Below are positions 56,172 to 64,000 of a DNA stretch of 64,000 nucleotides, piece after piece. The notes under the pieces were generated by a model, which saw only the letters and a program-made list of their open reading frames with translations, was not told where the DNA came from and searched no databases. The stretch is from a virus. Every line of letters begins with the position of its first letter. The stretch's first letter is position 1. The translations under genes and the position numbers were made by a program. The stretch is taken from the IMG/VR virus record IMGVR_UViG_3300048687_000113, positions 1 through 64,000 of that record, one strand, 5' to 3'.

Positions 56172-56301
56172 CCCCGGAGGTCCCCATGTCCGCTGTGCTC
56201 GATGCCCTCGTATCCGTGTGCGCTCACGTCGGCGTACTCGTCGGCCTGTAGCCGCGCCGAAGCCGTCCGCCGGCGGGAAGGCGAAGTCCCGCAAGCGGTC
56301 A

Positions 56302-56351
56302 TGAGAACGGCCCGCTCCCCTTGATCACGTCAGGGGAGCGGGCCGTTCTCA
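56302..56351. terminator. Bidirectional terminator (20-bp perfect inverted repeat)
   Basis: TGAGAACGGCCCGCTCCCCT/AGGGGAGCGGGCCGTTCTCA between convergent genes. Confidence 0.8.
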
Positions 56352-56369
56352 GTCGGCTAGTTCAGATAC

Positions 56370-56615
56370 TCACTTCTTGGGGGTCAGGCCCTGCTGTCCG
56401 GCCTTCACACCTCCGCAGAAGGCCGTGTACTCGCCATCCGTCAGCCAGATCTTCTGGTCCTGGTTGATCGAGTGGCGCAGCACCCAGCCGCCATCGAGCT
56501 GTGCGACCTCCAGGCAGTCACCCGAGCCGCCACCACCGGAGAGTTCCGACTTGGTCCACTTGATTCCCGTGAGGTCCTGCGCCTGGAGGGCCTGGAGGGC
56601 TTGTTCCTTAGTCAC
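56370..56615 (-). CDS. DUF397 (BldB-like) protein
   Basis: W.KS..S...GDCLEVA..LRHS. Confidence 0.85.
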   Translation of the reverse strand: MTKEQALQALQAQDLTGIKWTKSELSGGGGSGDCLEVAQLDGGWVLRHSINQDQKIWLTDGEYTAFCGGVKAGQQGLTPKK

Positions 56616-57486
56616 GCGACAACTCTTTTCTGACTGCACGAATTTGCTCCAACGATTCCAACGGTGAGAGAGACAACTCCTTGGATGATTCGAGGAGTCC
56701 TCGGATGCCCCGAACCTCCTTGGCTCTCTTCTCGAAGGACATCCCCGTCACGCCGTCGAACGCCGCGATCGGGCTCTCGCTTGCTCCACTGAACTCGAAC
56801 AAGTGAAAGAAGTAGGTCAGCGTCGCTTCCGCGCTGAAGGGGATGATGCGGACCTTCACGCCTCTGTCTGTGATGTCCGCGATTAGCGAGTCAAGCTGCT
56901 CCAGCATGGACGTCCTGCCGCCCACCTGTTGCAGCAGGGCCCCCTCTCCGATGATCGCTTCCACGGCAGGCGGCGTGCTCTTGTCGAACACGCGGCGCCG
57001 GTTCTTTCGCAGCTCGACGGATCGCTCAACCATCACGGTACTGAGCGAATCCTTGGAGAGGTGACTGGTGACCGCCCGACCGTAGTTGGGGGTCTGGAGG
57101 AGGCCGGGGATCAGGTTGCCGGCGCACGTGGTGATCGTCCGTGCCGCGTCCTCGTAGGCCACGAACGTGATGAGCGACTCCGGGAAATCCTCGTCGAACT
57201 CGGTCCACCAGGCGCTGGCGATCGACATGCCTTCGCGGCGCATCGTGGTCAGCGTGACGCGCGTCTCCGTGTCGAGCTGGAGGCACTTCACTATCGCCTT
57301 CCACTCGGCGTCGGTGGGCCACGTTTCGCCCCGTTCCATCCGGGAGTAGCGGTGGTAGCTCCTCTGTCCCATCGCCTGCGCGACGTGAAGCTGCTTCACT
57401 GTGCCGCCTGGTGCGGCGATGCGCGCCCTCTTCAGCTCGTCGCCGAACCGCTTCCTCGCGAACATCGCTGCTGTGTTGACGGCCAT
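56608..57486 (-). CDS. XRE-family regulator with DUF5753 (WhiJ-like)
   Basis: FGDELKRAR..YSRMERG HTH; IPGLLQTPNY; GEGAL..VGG. Confidence 0.9.
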   Translation of the reverse strand: MAVNTAAMFARKRFGDELKRARIAAPGGTVKQLHVAQAMGQRSYHRYSRMERGETWPTDAEWKAIVKCLQLDTETRVTLTTMRREGMSIASAWWTEFDEDFPESLITFVAYEDAARTITTCAGNLIPGLLQTPNYGRAVTSHLSKDSLSTVMVERSVELRKNRRRVFDKSTPPAVEAIIGEGALLQQVGGRTSMLEQLDSLIADITDRGVKVRIIPFSAEATLTYFFHLFEFSGASESPIAAFDGVTGMSFEKRAKEVRGIRGLLESSKELSLSPLESLEQIRAVRKELSRD

Positions 57487-57580
57487 CTCCACCCCTCCCT
57501 GAGCCCTGTCGGCGGTTGAGGGCAGCGTAACGCGGGGGCGCCCAATCACGGCACGTCCGAGGGGAATTCTGGCGATGGGG

Positions 57581-57610
57581 TTGCGTACGCAGTTACGTAC
57601 GCACCAGACT
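57581..57610 (+). promoter_or_regulatory. Tandem TGCGTACGCA operator, copy 3, overlapping a TTGCGT-N18-CAGACT promoter
   Basis: TTGCGTACGCAGTTACGTACGCA between divergent XRE and HATPase genes. Confidence 0.7.
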
Positions 57611-57691
57611 CGTCGTCACGCACCGGACGATCCACGTCGCGGTGTGTGACGAAGCTATGCGGCTGGCCGCAGCCGCGTGCCGGAGGCTGCC

Positions 57692-58096
57692 ATGCCCACA
57701 TTAGGGCAACTGCAAGGGCCGACATCCGTGTGCAGAACTTTCACCACAGCTCCGAACACCGTTGAAATGGCGCGGAGTTGGGCCTGGAAGCGATGCGCTG
57801 AGTTCGGCGTCTCTGAAGAACTAGTGGACACCTACAAGCTCCTCATCAGCGAGACCGCCACGAACGCGGTCACGCACAGCGGTGGCGAGGAGTACACCGT
57901 AGTGGTCTGTCCGGATGGCTGGATCGAAGTCTGGGACGACAGTCCGAAGTTGCCCAGGCAGAAACCGCATGACCTGGACTCACTGGGAGGCCGGGGCCTG
58001 GAGCTGCTGGAGCTTTTGGCCCCTGGTTACCTGGTAGTTGAGGACGCCAAGCGCGGCGGGAAGTGCGTGCGCTTCCTTCCGAAAGAGATCGCGTGA
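57692..58096 (+). CDS. HATPase_c ATP-binding protein (anti-sigma/AbaA-like)
   Basis: SETATNAVTH, EVWD, GGRGL, GK.V. Confidence 0.88.
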   Translation: MPTLGQLQGPTSVCRTFTTAPNTVEMARSWAWKRCAEFGVSEELVDTYKLLISETATNAVTHSGGEEYTVVVCPDGWIEVWDDSPKLPRQKPHDLDSLGGRGLELLELLAPGYLVVEDAKRGGKCVRFLPKEIA

Positions 58097-58581
58097 GCGT
58101 TCGCCTGACCGTCTTGGACGAGCGGACGCTGGACGGCGACCTGACCCCGGACCTTCCGGTTCGGCTGCACCTTCTGGGCCACTACTTGGCGCCGGTGGAC
58201 GGTGTCGAGGTCGCGGAGATCGAGGTCCGCCTGAACCCTGCGACCCTCACCGATCTCGTGGCCCAGGCGCGGGCGGCCCAGATGGATCTCGCACGACGTG
58301 CGCGCCGCGATGCGGACACGGTGGCCTTTGCCGCCCAAGTCGCTTTCGGCTCACGAACGTTGGCCCGCAACGACCCAGCCGTGCTTCAACGCGTCCATGA
58401 CGCGCTACAGGCCATACCGCACCAGGACTTGCCGGTACGGGGCGGCCCCCGGCCGGCGAGATCGCGAACGGGGAACCCACCGGGGGGTGCCGATCGCGAG
58501 TACGGCAGGGAGACACCGCGAACCTCCGAGCCGTACAAGCCGCCCTTGCCGCGCCGCCAGCTCGGCAAGGGCGGCCCATAA
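58093..58581 (+). CDS. Hypothetical protein
   Basis: GTGA coupling. Confidence 0.55.
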   Translation: MSVRLTVLDERTLDGDLTPDLPVRLHLLGHYLAPVDGVEVAEIEVRLNPATLTDLVAQARAAQMDLARRARRDADTVAFAAQVAFGSRTLARNDPAVLQRVHDALQAIPHQDLPVRGGPRPARSRTGNPPGGADREYGRETPRTSEPYKPPLPRRQLGKGGP

Positions 58582-58731
58582 CTGCGGCGGAGGGGACAAG
58601 GCGCGACAGGAGCGCCTCGGGCCGGCTGTCCGGGAGTGCGCCCCGGCCAGTCCCCCTCCGCCGCTCTGACGGGCCCGGCCGGTGCACTGCGCCGTACCGG
58701 CCGGGCCCTCCCATCGAGGAGACCTACCGCA

Positions 58732-58932
58732 ATGAGCAAGCTGACCGGCAGTTGCGTCACCGACATCTGCGCCCTGGCCAGCATTTTCGTCGTGACGATA
58801 TTCGTCGGCCTCTTCTCGATGATGCGCGCGGTAACGCGACACCCGTCGTGGTGTCCCTGCCACGCCGAGAACGACGAACTCGACTATCTGGAACCCGACT
58901 TCGGGGCTCCCTCCAAGCGCACCGCTCCGTAA
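58732..58932 (+). CDS. Small membrane protein
   Basis: GAGGAG RBS; TM helix. Confidence 0.5.
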   Translation: MSKLTGSCVTDICALASIFVVTIFVGLFSMMRAVTRHPSWCPCHAENDELDYLEPDFGAPSKRTAP

Positions 58933-59148
58933 GGGCGGTGCTGCACAGCCCGCAGCCGGCCTTCACTGGGTCCGCTGCGGAAGCGTTGCGATGGCGGGGC
59001 CGGTGCCAAACTCCCCGCGTCCCGGCCCCGCCATCTCAACGGGAACGTCACTTCGGACAGAGGAGCTCCCCGTGAGACATTCCCTTGAGTTACCGGGGCG
59101 GGCGGCAGCCTGCTGCCGCCGTATAGCGGTGCCATTGGTGCGTGCGTC

Positions 59149-59775
59149 GTGAGCGGATTCTTTTTGACGGTCGACGGTCCCAAGGGCGTCGGCAAGAGCG
59201 CTGTCGTCGACGAGGTCGCCGACCTCATCGAGGCGTCGGACGGGCAGGCCCTGGTCACGTCGGAACCGTCGAAGACCCCTCTGGGCAATCTGCTGCGCGT
59301 CAGCACCGAACGGTACCGGGGCTACAGCTTCGCGCACCTGATGGCCGGCGACCGGCTCGACCACGTCGGCACCACGGTCCTGCCGGCCGTCCAAGCCGGC
59401 ATCACGGTCGTCTGCGACCGGTACGTGGCCTCCTCCCTGGTGTCCCAGCGCCTCGACGGGATGCTCCTGGAGGAGACCTGGAACATCAATCAGCCGCTTC
59501 TTCTCCCGTCCCTCTCCGTCGTCCTCACGGGCACGGCGGAGGTCATCGCGGAGCGGCTGACCAAACGCGGCTACCGGTCCGCTCGCTACGCGCTGACGGA
59601 CGGCTCTACAGCCCGGGAAATCCACTTCTTCGCTGAGGCCGCCCACTTCATGCGCTGCCAGGGAGTCCACGTCGTCACGATCGACTGCACCGAGCTGACC
59701 GTGTCACAGGTCGCCGCGCATATCGTCCAGGAAATTGACTCCATGCAAATGGCCGAAGGACTCACGCGGTCCTGA
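59149..59775 (+). CDS. tmk: Thymidylate kinase
   Basis: VDGPKGVGKS P-loop, EPS, DR, CDRYVASS. Confidence 0.88.
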   Translation: MSGFFLTVDGPKGVGKSAVVDEVADLIEASDGQALVTSEPSKTPLGNLLRVSTERYRGYSFAHLMAGDRLDHVGTTVLPAVQAGITVVCDRYVASSLVSQRLDGMLLEETWNINQPLLLPSLSVVLTGTAEVIAERLTKRGYRSARYALTDGSTAREIHFFAEAAHFMRCQGVHVVTIDCTELTVSQVAAHIVQEIDSMQMAEGLTRS

Positions 59776-59807
59776 GCGGCCTGCCCTGTTGCAGGCCCCG
59801 GCCGCTG

Positions 59808-61085
59808 CTATGCGCGGTTCCGGAGCCGCTCGGCGAGGGCCTGGGCGTCGGAGGTGTCGCCGACGAGCGGCAGGCGGGCGGTGATGTTGCTCAGGCCGTC
59901 GTCGATGCGGACGGACTGCACGCCGTCGGCGCAGTCGAGGAATTCGTTCCAGGTGGCCAGCGCGGTCTCGATGTTGCCGCGCTTGAGCTGGACCTGGCCC
60001 AGATCGGCCAGCACGATCGCGCGTGTGCGTTTGCGGTCCAGGCCGTGGATGTCGAGGGCGAGGTGCAGGTGGTCTTCGGCGGCGGCGAGGTCACCGAGGC
60101 GCGCGTGGATCATGCCGGACTCGTGGGCCCACCGGCCGGGGCTGTAGTGCGAGGCCCAGGACTGTCCGGGCCGGGCGGGGGCACGCTCGATCGCCTGCTG
60201 GGAGCCGGCCAGCATTTTCGCCGCCGTCGCCCCGTCGCCGTCGGCAGCCGCCGCGCGGGCGAAGGTGTTGCGGTAGTACGCGAGTGCTTTGAAATTGTCC
60301 AGGCGCCGGCCGCGCTGCTCGCATGCTTCCGCGATCCGCACCGCCACCGGGATGTGCCCCAGGTCGATGGCCTGGTCCGCCAGGCCGCGCAGTGCGGTGG
60401 CGGCCAGCTCGTTCTCGCCGGCTTCGGCTGCCAGCCGGTACGAGTACAGGTGGTACTTCTGGCACAGTCCGTCCAGGCCTTCGTCGCGGGCCATCCATCC
60501 GATGAGCTGGACCAGTTCGGAGGTTGCGGCGAACAGGTCGCGCCCGACCGGGTCGGTGAAGCGGCCGTTGAGCCAGCGCTGGACGTCGACCGTGAGGTAG
60601 CGGACGGCGAGGTGTCGGGCGTGCCCTCCGCCGAGTTCGGAGGCCGCGTCGCCCAGGGTCGTGGTCATGGTGCGCACGGCGGCGACTTCGCCCCTGCCGA
60701 CCGCCACGGGGCCGGGGTTGCTCACGCGGCGGGTGACGGCGCCGGCATCGGGCAGGTCGAGGGCCGCCAGGCCGACTGCGGCCGAGGCGGTCACAAGGAA
60801 CTGCCTTCGGTCCACGTCGCTGCCTCCCAGTCGCATCACTGCGGTCACGGTATCGACGAACTCAGGCTTATTGTCGCCGGATAAATCGATACCCAAGACA
60901 CGCTCGATGAAGGGCAGCCACTCCGTGGGAATCCGGGTACCCGCTTCCCACCGGTAGACCTGCTGCCGGCCGACGAGACCGGTTCGGCCCCAGCGCATCA
61001 GCGACAGCTCGCCGGCGAGCTTGGCCTGACTGCAATGGGGCGTACGGGCGGTGCGTGCCGCGCGGATGCGCTCTGCGATCGTCAT
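59808..61085 (-). CDS. XRE-HTH plus TPR-like regulator (NsdA-like)
   Basis: IRAAR..SQAKLA..VYRWEAG; DRRQFL; GGGHAR; GWMA. Confidence 0.8.
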   Translation of the reverse strand: MTIAERIRAARTARTPHCSQAKLAGELSLMRWGRTGLVGRQQVYRWEAGTRIPTEWLPFIERVLGIDLSGDNKPEFVDTVTAVMRLGGSDVDRRQFLVTASAAVGLAALDLPDAGAVTRRVSNPGPVAVGRGEVAAVRTMTTTLGDAASELGGGHARHLAVRYLTVDVQRWLNGRFTDPVGRDLFAATSELVQLIGWMARDEGLDGLCQKYHLYSYRLAAEAGENELAATALRGLADQAIDLGHIPVAVRIAEACEQRGRRLDNFKALAYYRNTFARAAAADGDGATAAKMLAGSQQAIERAPARPGQSWASHYSPGRWAHESGMIHARLGDLAAAEDHLHLALDIHGLDRKRTRAIVLADLGQVQLKRGNIETALATWNEFLDCADGVQSVRIDDGLSNITARLPLVGDTSDAQALAERLRNRA

Positions 61086-61216
61086 GTCGGGCCGTTCTCG
61101 GTCCTGGTTCACAACTGGCAGACATCTGGCAGACATTCTGGCAGCTTCCCGCAGGGCAGGACAGCGCGTTCACTCAGGAACGACAGCACGCAACACCCCG
61201 TCTCCTGGAGGAAGTT

Positions 61217-61804
61217 GTGACTCTCACCCTGACCCGCCCCACCCCCGAGTCGGTCGCCGAACGCGCTCGGACCATCCACGGCGACTGGCTCGCCGACCCC
61301 GAGATGGCTGCCGTCCTCGACGGGTGCGCGAAGTACTCGTCCGACTGGGACGACTTCTACGGCGGCCCCCTGATCAGCAACTACAGCGTGGCCCAGGACG
61401 CCGGGAACTTGCTGGCCGACGCGGTGAAGGTCATGGCCATCAAGTCGGCCGTGTACGAGGTGACCGGTGACGAACTCGCCTCCGAGCTGCCCGTGCCGGT
61501 CCCGGTCGACGTCACCTGCCACGCGCTGTGCGCGCAGATCACCGCCCTGTCGCGAATCCAGACCCGCACCGGGCACCTGTTCGTGCACTCCACCGTCAAC
61601 GAGCACGTCAACGACACCCCGTGGACCAGCGGCGACTACACGCACCAGGCGTACCGGCAGGCGTTCGGGCCGGTCGACGAGCGGTACTGGTTCGACGCTT
61701 CCGAGGCCGAGCGGCGCCGGAAGATCCTCGACGCCAAGTACGCCACGATCGGCATCACCGACCGAGGAATGACCAGCGCGATTTCCTTCGCGCCGGCTTC
61801 GTAG
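61217..61804 (+). CDS. Hypothetical protein (glycine-rich-domain-protein-like)
   Basis: VD..H....FVH...T..AY..AFG..W pattern. Confidence 0.6.
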   Translation: MTLTLTRPTPESVAERARTIHGDWLADPEMAAVLDGCAKYSSDWDDFYGGPLISNYSVAQDAGNLLADAVKVMAIKSAVYEVTGDELASELPVPVPVDVTCHALCAQITALSRIQTRTGHLFVHSTVNEHVNDTPWTSGDYTHQAYRQAFGPVDERYWFDASEAERRRKILDAKYATIGITDRGMTSAISFAPAS

Positions 61805-62069
61805 CCTCCACGGTCTCCTGAGGGGACTCCGGCACGGACTCGGGTGCTTTCCGGTCCGGCTCCAGCCCGATCTTGTGCGGGTGGACGCATGCCGGGGTCC
61901 CCTCCGCCGTATAGCGGTACCCGTCGGCCTCGTTGAACTTCGTGTCGCGGTTGGGCCGTTCGTAGATGACGAACGCTTCGCGTGGCAGCCGCTTGGACGG
62001 GCAGATCCCGCACACCGGCCGTGCCGGATCGTCTTCGTCAGGGTCGATGTAGGGCTTCGGAGAGTCCAT
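61755..62069 (-). CDS. Hypothetical protein
   Basis: CGICP..CVHP. Confidence 0.6.
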   Translation of the reverse strand: MDSPKPYIDPDEDDPARPVCGICPSKRLPREAFVIYERPNRDTKFNEADGYRYTAEGTPACVHPHKIGLEPDRKAPESVPESPQETVEATKPARRKSRWSFLGR

Positions 62070-62346
62070 AGCGCCGCACCATATCGACACTCAGGGCACG
62101 CTCAGGCGGAACTTGGCCAGCTTTCACCCGGCCCGGCTGCCGCCGGTCCTGCGGGCACATGTGTGTGGGGCGCGGTGGCGCCTCCGTCGGCAAACGGAAT
62201 GCAGGCAACACCGCGCCCCACGTTAGAGCCAGGCGCCCACCACTATCAGGGGTGCTCCGTGGCGGTTTCACGGTAGAGGGCGCTGCCGGTCCGGGGCCAG
62301 CGCCGCAGGGGTTTTGGGACGGTGCCGCATCAATGGGGCGCGGGCT

Positions 62347-62565
62347 TCACGGGGCGAGGCGTTCGCGTACGGCCTGGAGGGTGGCCAGCGCCATGTCCCA
62401 CTCGCCGAGGTCGTCGTCGAGGTGCTCGCCGGGGTTCTCGGCCACGCGCATGCCGTATGCCCAGACGCTGACGGCGTACTCGCGGGCCGCGTCGGGTGCC
62501 ATCTTGGCGATCCGCCGGCGGGCGTCGTTCAGGTACGGGTTGGGGGATTCTCGTCGGGTGAACAC
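62347..62565 (-). CDS. Hypothetical protein
   Basis: GGAG RBS, GTG start. Confidence 0.55.
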   Translation of the reverse strand: MFTRRESPNPYLNDARRRIAKMAPDAAREYAVSVWAYGMRVAENPGEHLDDDLGEWDMALATLQAVRERLAP

Positions 62566-62834
62566 GCGGGCGTCTCCGGGGCGGTGCGGCGGTAGTTGGG
62601 CAGGAGCTGGCCGTCGGAGCCCAGGAGGGACGCTGGGCGGGCTCCCAGTGCCTGTGTGAGGGCCTGGTGCTCGTCGGGGGCGCGGGAGGTCCAGCGGCCG
62701 ATGACGAGGCCGAGGGTGCCGATCCTGAAGACCGTGGCGGGATCGGCCCGGCGGAAGGGCGGGCTGGTCTCCTGGAAGTAGGTGCGGTAGCGCCAGGGCC
62801 AGGTGCGTTGGCATCGAGTCGTTGTGATCAGCAT
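62529..62834 (-). CDS. Hypothetical protein
   Basis: TAATG coupling to the KTSC gene. Confidence 0.55.
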   Translation of the reverse strand: MLITTTRCQRTWPWRYRTYFQETSPPFRRADPATVFRIGTLGLVIGRWTSRAPDEHQALTQALGARPASLLGSDGQLLPNYRRTAPETPACSPDENPPTRT

Positions 62835-63370
62835 TACCAGGTCGCCGGTGTGTAGGGCTTTCCATTGAGGGTGGAATTGACGTAGCGGCCCGGCGACCAG
62901 TTGTCGCGGAACTTCGCCCACTCCTGCGGGGTGACGTTGTAGTACTCGTAGCCGACCCCGTCCGCGTACTGCTCCGGCCCGGTGCGCTGTCCCCGGAAAC
63001 GTACGAACAGCGTCTGGGACTCGGAGTCGTAGCCGGCCGCGAGGGTGCGCGGGCGCGGCGGGTAGCTCGTGTTGGTGGGGCGGGTGGTCAGGAGCTGCTC
63101 GTCGTCCCACAGCCAGTGCGCCCGGCGCAGCGCTTCGCGCCGCTCGGGGCTGAGGTTCTGGGAAGCCTCGTCGATCGCGGTGTTGATCTGATCGCGGGGG
63201 TAGGCCGGCTGGGTGTTGATCTGCCGGGCCCGGTTCGCGATCGGCGGCTCGACGCCGGCGCCGAAGTCCCGCTGCTCCGTTATGGTCCGGTACGGAGTTG
63301 TTCCGGCCTGGCCGCGATTCTGTGCGGCGCGGGGGTTCCGGTTTCCGATTCGCCTTCGCCTGGGCGGCAT
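62834..63370 (-). CDS. KTSC domain protein
   Basis: AGYD...TLFVRFR..YEYYNV....W..F...SPGRYVN. Confidence 0.85.
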   Translation of the reverse strand: MPPRRRRIGNRNPRAAQNRGQAGTTPYRTITEQRDFGAGVEPPIANRARQINTQPAYPRDQINTAIDEASQNLSPERREALRRAHWLWDDEQLLTTRPTNTSYPPRPRTLAAGYDSESQTLFVRFRGQRTGPEQYADGVGYEYYNVTPQEWAKFRDNWSPGRYVNSTLNGKPYTPATW

Positions 63371-63435
63371 GAGAAAACCCTCCTCTGCTCGGTATCAAGA
63401 CCGTAGGCAGGGAGGGTTTTTGCGCGATATTCGCG

Positions 63436-64000
63436 TTACGGCGCCTGCGTCTTCCAGTCGACGCCGTAAGGATTGCGGTGGGAGCCGGCCGGGAGACGGT
63501 CGGCGTTGCGGTAGCCGAGGGTGACGTCCAGGTCGTGGTGGTCGTAGTACGTCATGACGCGGTCGATGGACGGCTGGTTGGGGTCGACCAGGGACAGCGT
63601 GATCGAGGTCGCGCGGCCGTCGTGCGGCGAGATGTTGAAACCGCAGCGCTCGCCGGCCTGTTTGACCATGCGCCACAGCCCGGATGAGTCGAGACGCGTG
63701 TGCTCCAGCTCGCCCGTCTCCTTGTTCCGGGTGCGCCGGAGGGTGGACATGACGAGGGGGCCGCTGGTGCGCCCGTCGATCAACGCGTCGATCAGCGGGT
63801 TCAGCGGCTCGGGGATGTCGATGTCCTGCCAGCGGGCCTTCCCCTTGCGGCGCAGGTGCAGCATCCGGCCGCGCGGGACCCGGTAGAAGTTCTCGACGTC
63901 GATGCGCTCGACCTCCTCGCAGCGCACGCCGGGCCCGAAGAAGAAGGCGGTCGCGACGGCTGCCCGGATGGATTCCTCGCGGGCCGCTGCGACGACGTCG
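63436..64000 (-). CDS. Tyrosine recombinase (C-terminal part, partial)
   Basis: GVRCEE (R), KG (K), HDGR (HxxR), H...T..Y catalytic set. Confidence 0.9.
   Translation of the reverse strand, partial: DVVAAAREESIRAAVATAFFFGPGVRCEEVERIDVENFYRVPRGRMLHLRRKGKARWQDIDIPEPLNPLIDALIDGRTSGPLVMSTLRRTRNKETGELEHTRLDSSGLWRMVKQAGERCGFNISPHDGRATSITLSLVDPNQPSIDRVMTYYDHHDLDVTLGYRNADRLPAGSHRNPYGVDWKTQAP

Larger units (their letters stand above)
1..64000. mobile_element. Segment of a large actinobacterial (Streptomyces-like) phage, prophage or phage-plasmid
   Basis: Phage recombination module, lysis cassette, KTSC gene, long runs of small translationally coupled unknown genes, two site-specific recombinases; Streptomyces-type XRE/DUF397, Lsr2 and WhiB genes; no host housekeeping genes. 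Confidence 0.85.

Overview
High-GC actinobacterial (most likely Streptomyces) large phage, prophage or phage-plasmid DNA. No host housekeeping operons, rRNAs or canonical tRNAs were seen. Layout: (i) 1-17058, + strand core module: RecA, PD-(D/E)xK resolvase, WhiB, Cas4-like exonuclease, RuvC-like, SpoVS-like, small probable virion proteins, FN3 protein, amidase-LysM endolysin, holin, SLT transglycosylase, HNH, HAD-like and TGT/DpdA-like genes. (ii) 17096-44541, about 27 kb of almost entirely minus-strand small unknown genes, with a large serine recombinase and two or three Lsr2-family genes. (iii) 44542-47281, about 2.7 kb with no convincing CDS, holding a long nested-helix region and a tRNA-shaped element. 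(iv) 47282-62069, a mixed accessory arm with a four-unit hairpin array, a cas-less CRISPR-like array, FN3, WDGH-motif, XRE-DUF5753/DUF397/HATPase, thymidylate kinase and XRE-TPR genes. (v) A KTSC gene and a partial tyrosine recombinase. The best candidate for an undescribed system is a stand-alone non-coding unit at 49425-49890 (promoter, 8 type I-E repeat hairpins, terminator). Its repeats keep only the Cas6e stem and 8-nt handle, and its spacers are 32, 32, 20, 20, 20 and 38 nt, all 32 +/- 6n (the Cas7 step). This suggests a multi-unit crRNA mimic, either an RNA anti-CRISPR or a Cascade-guided regulator. It is bracketed by an operator that also sits at the element's XRE regulator. All functional calls come from reading motifs by eye; no database searches were run.
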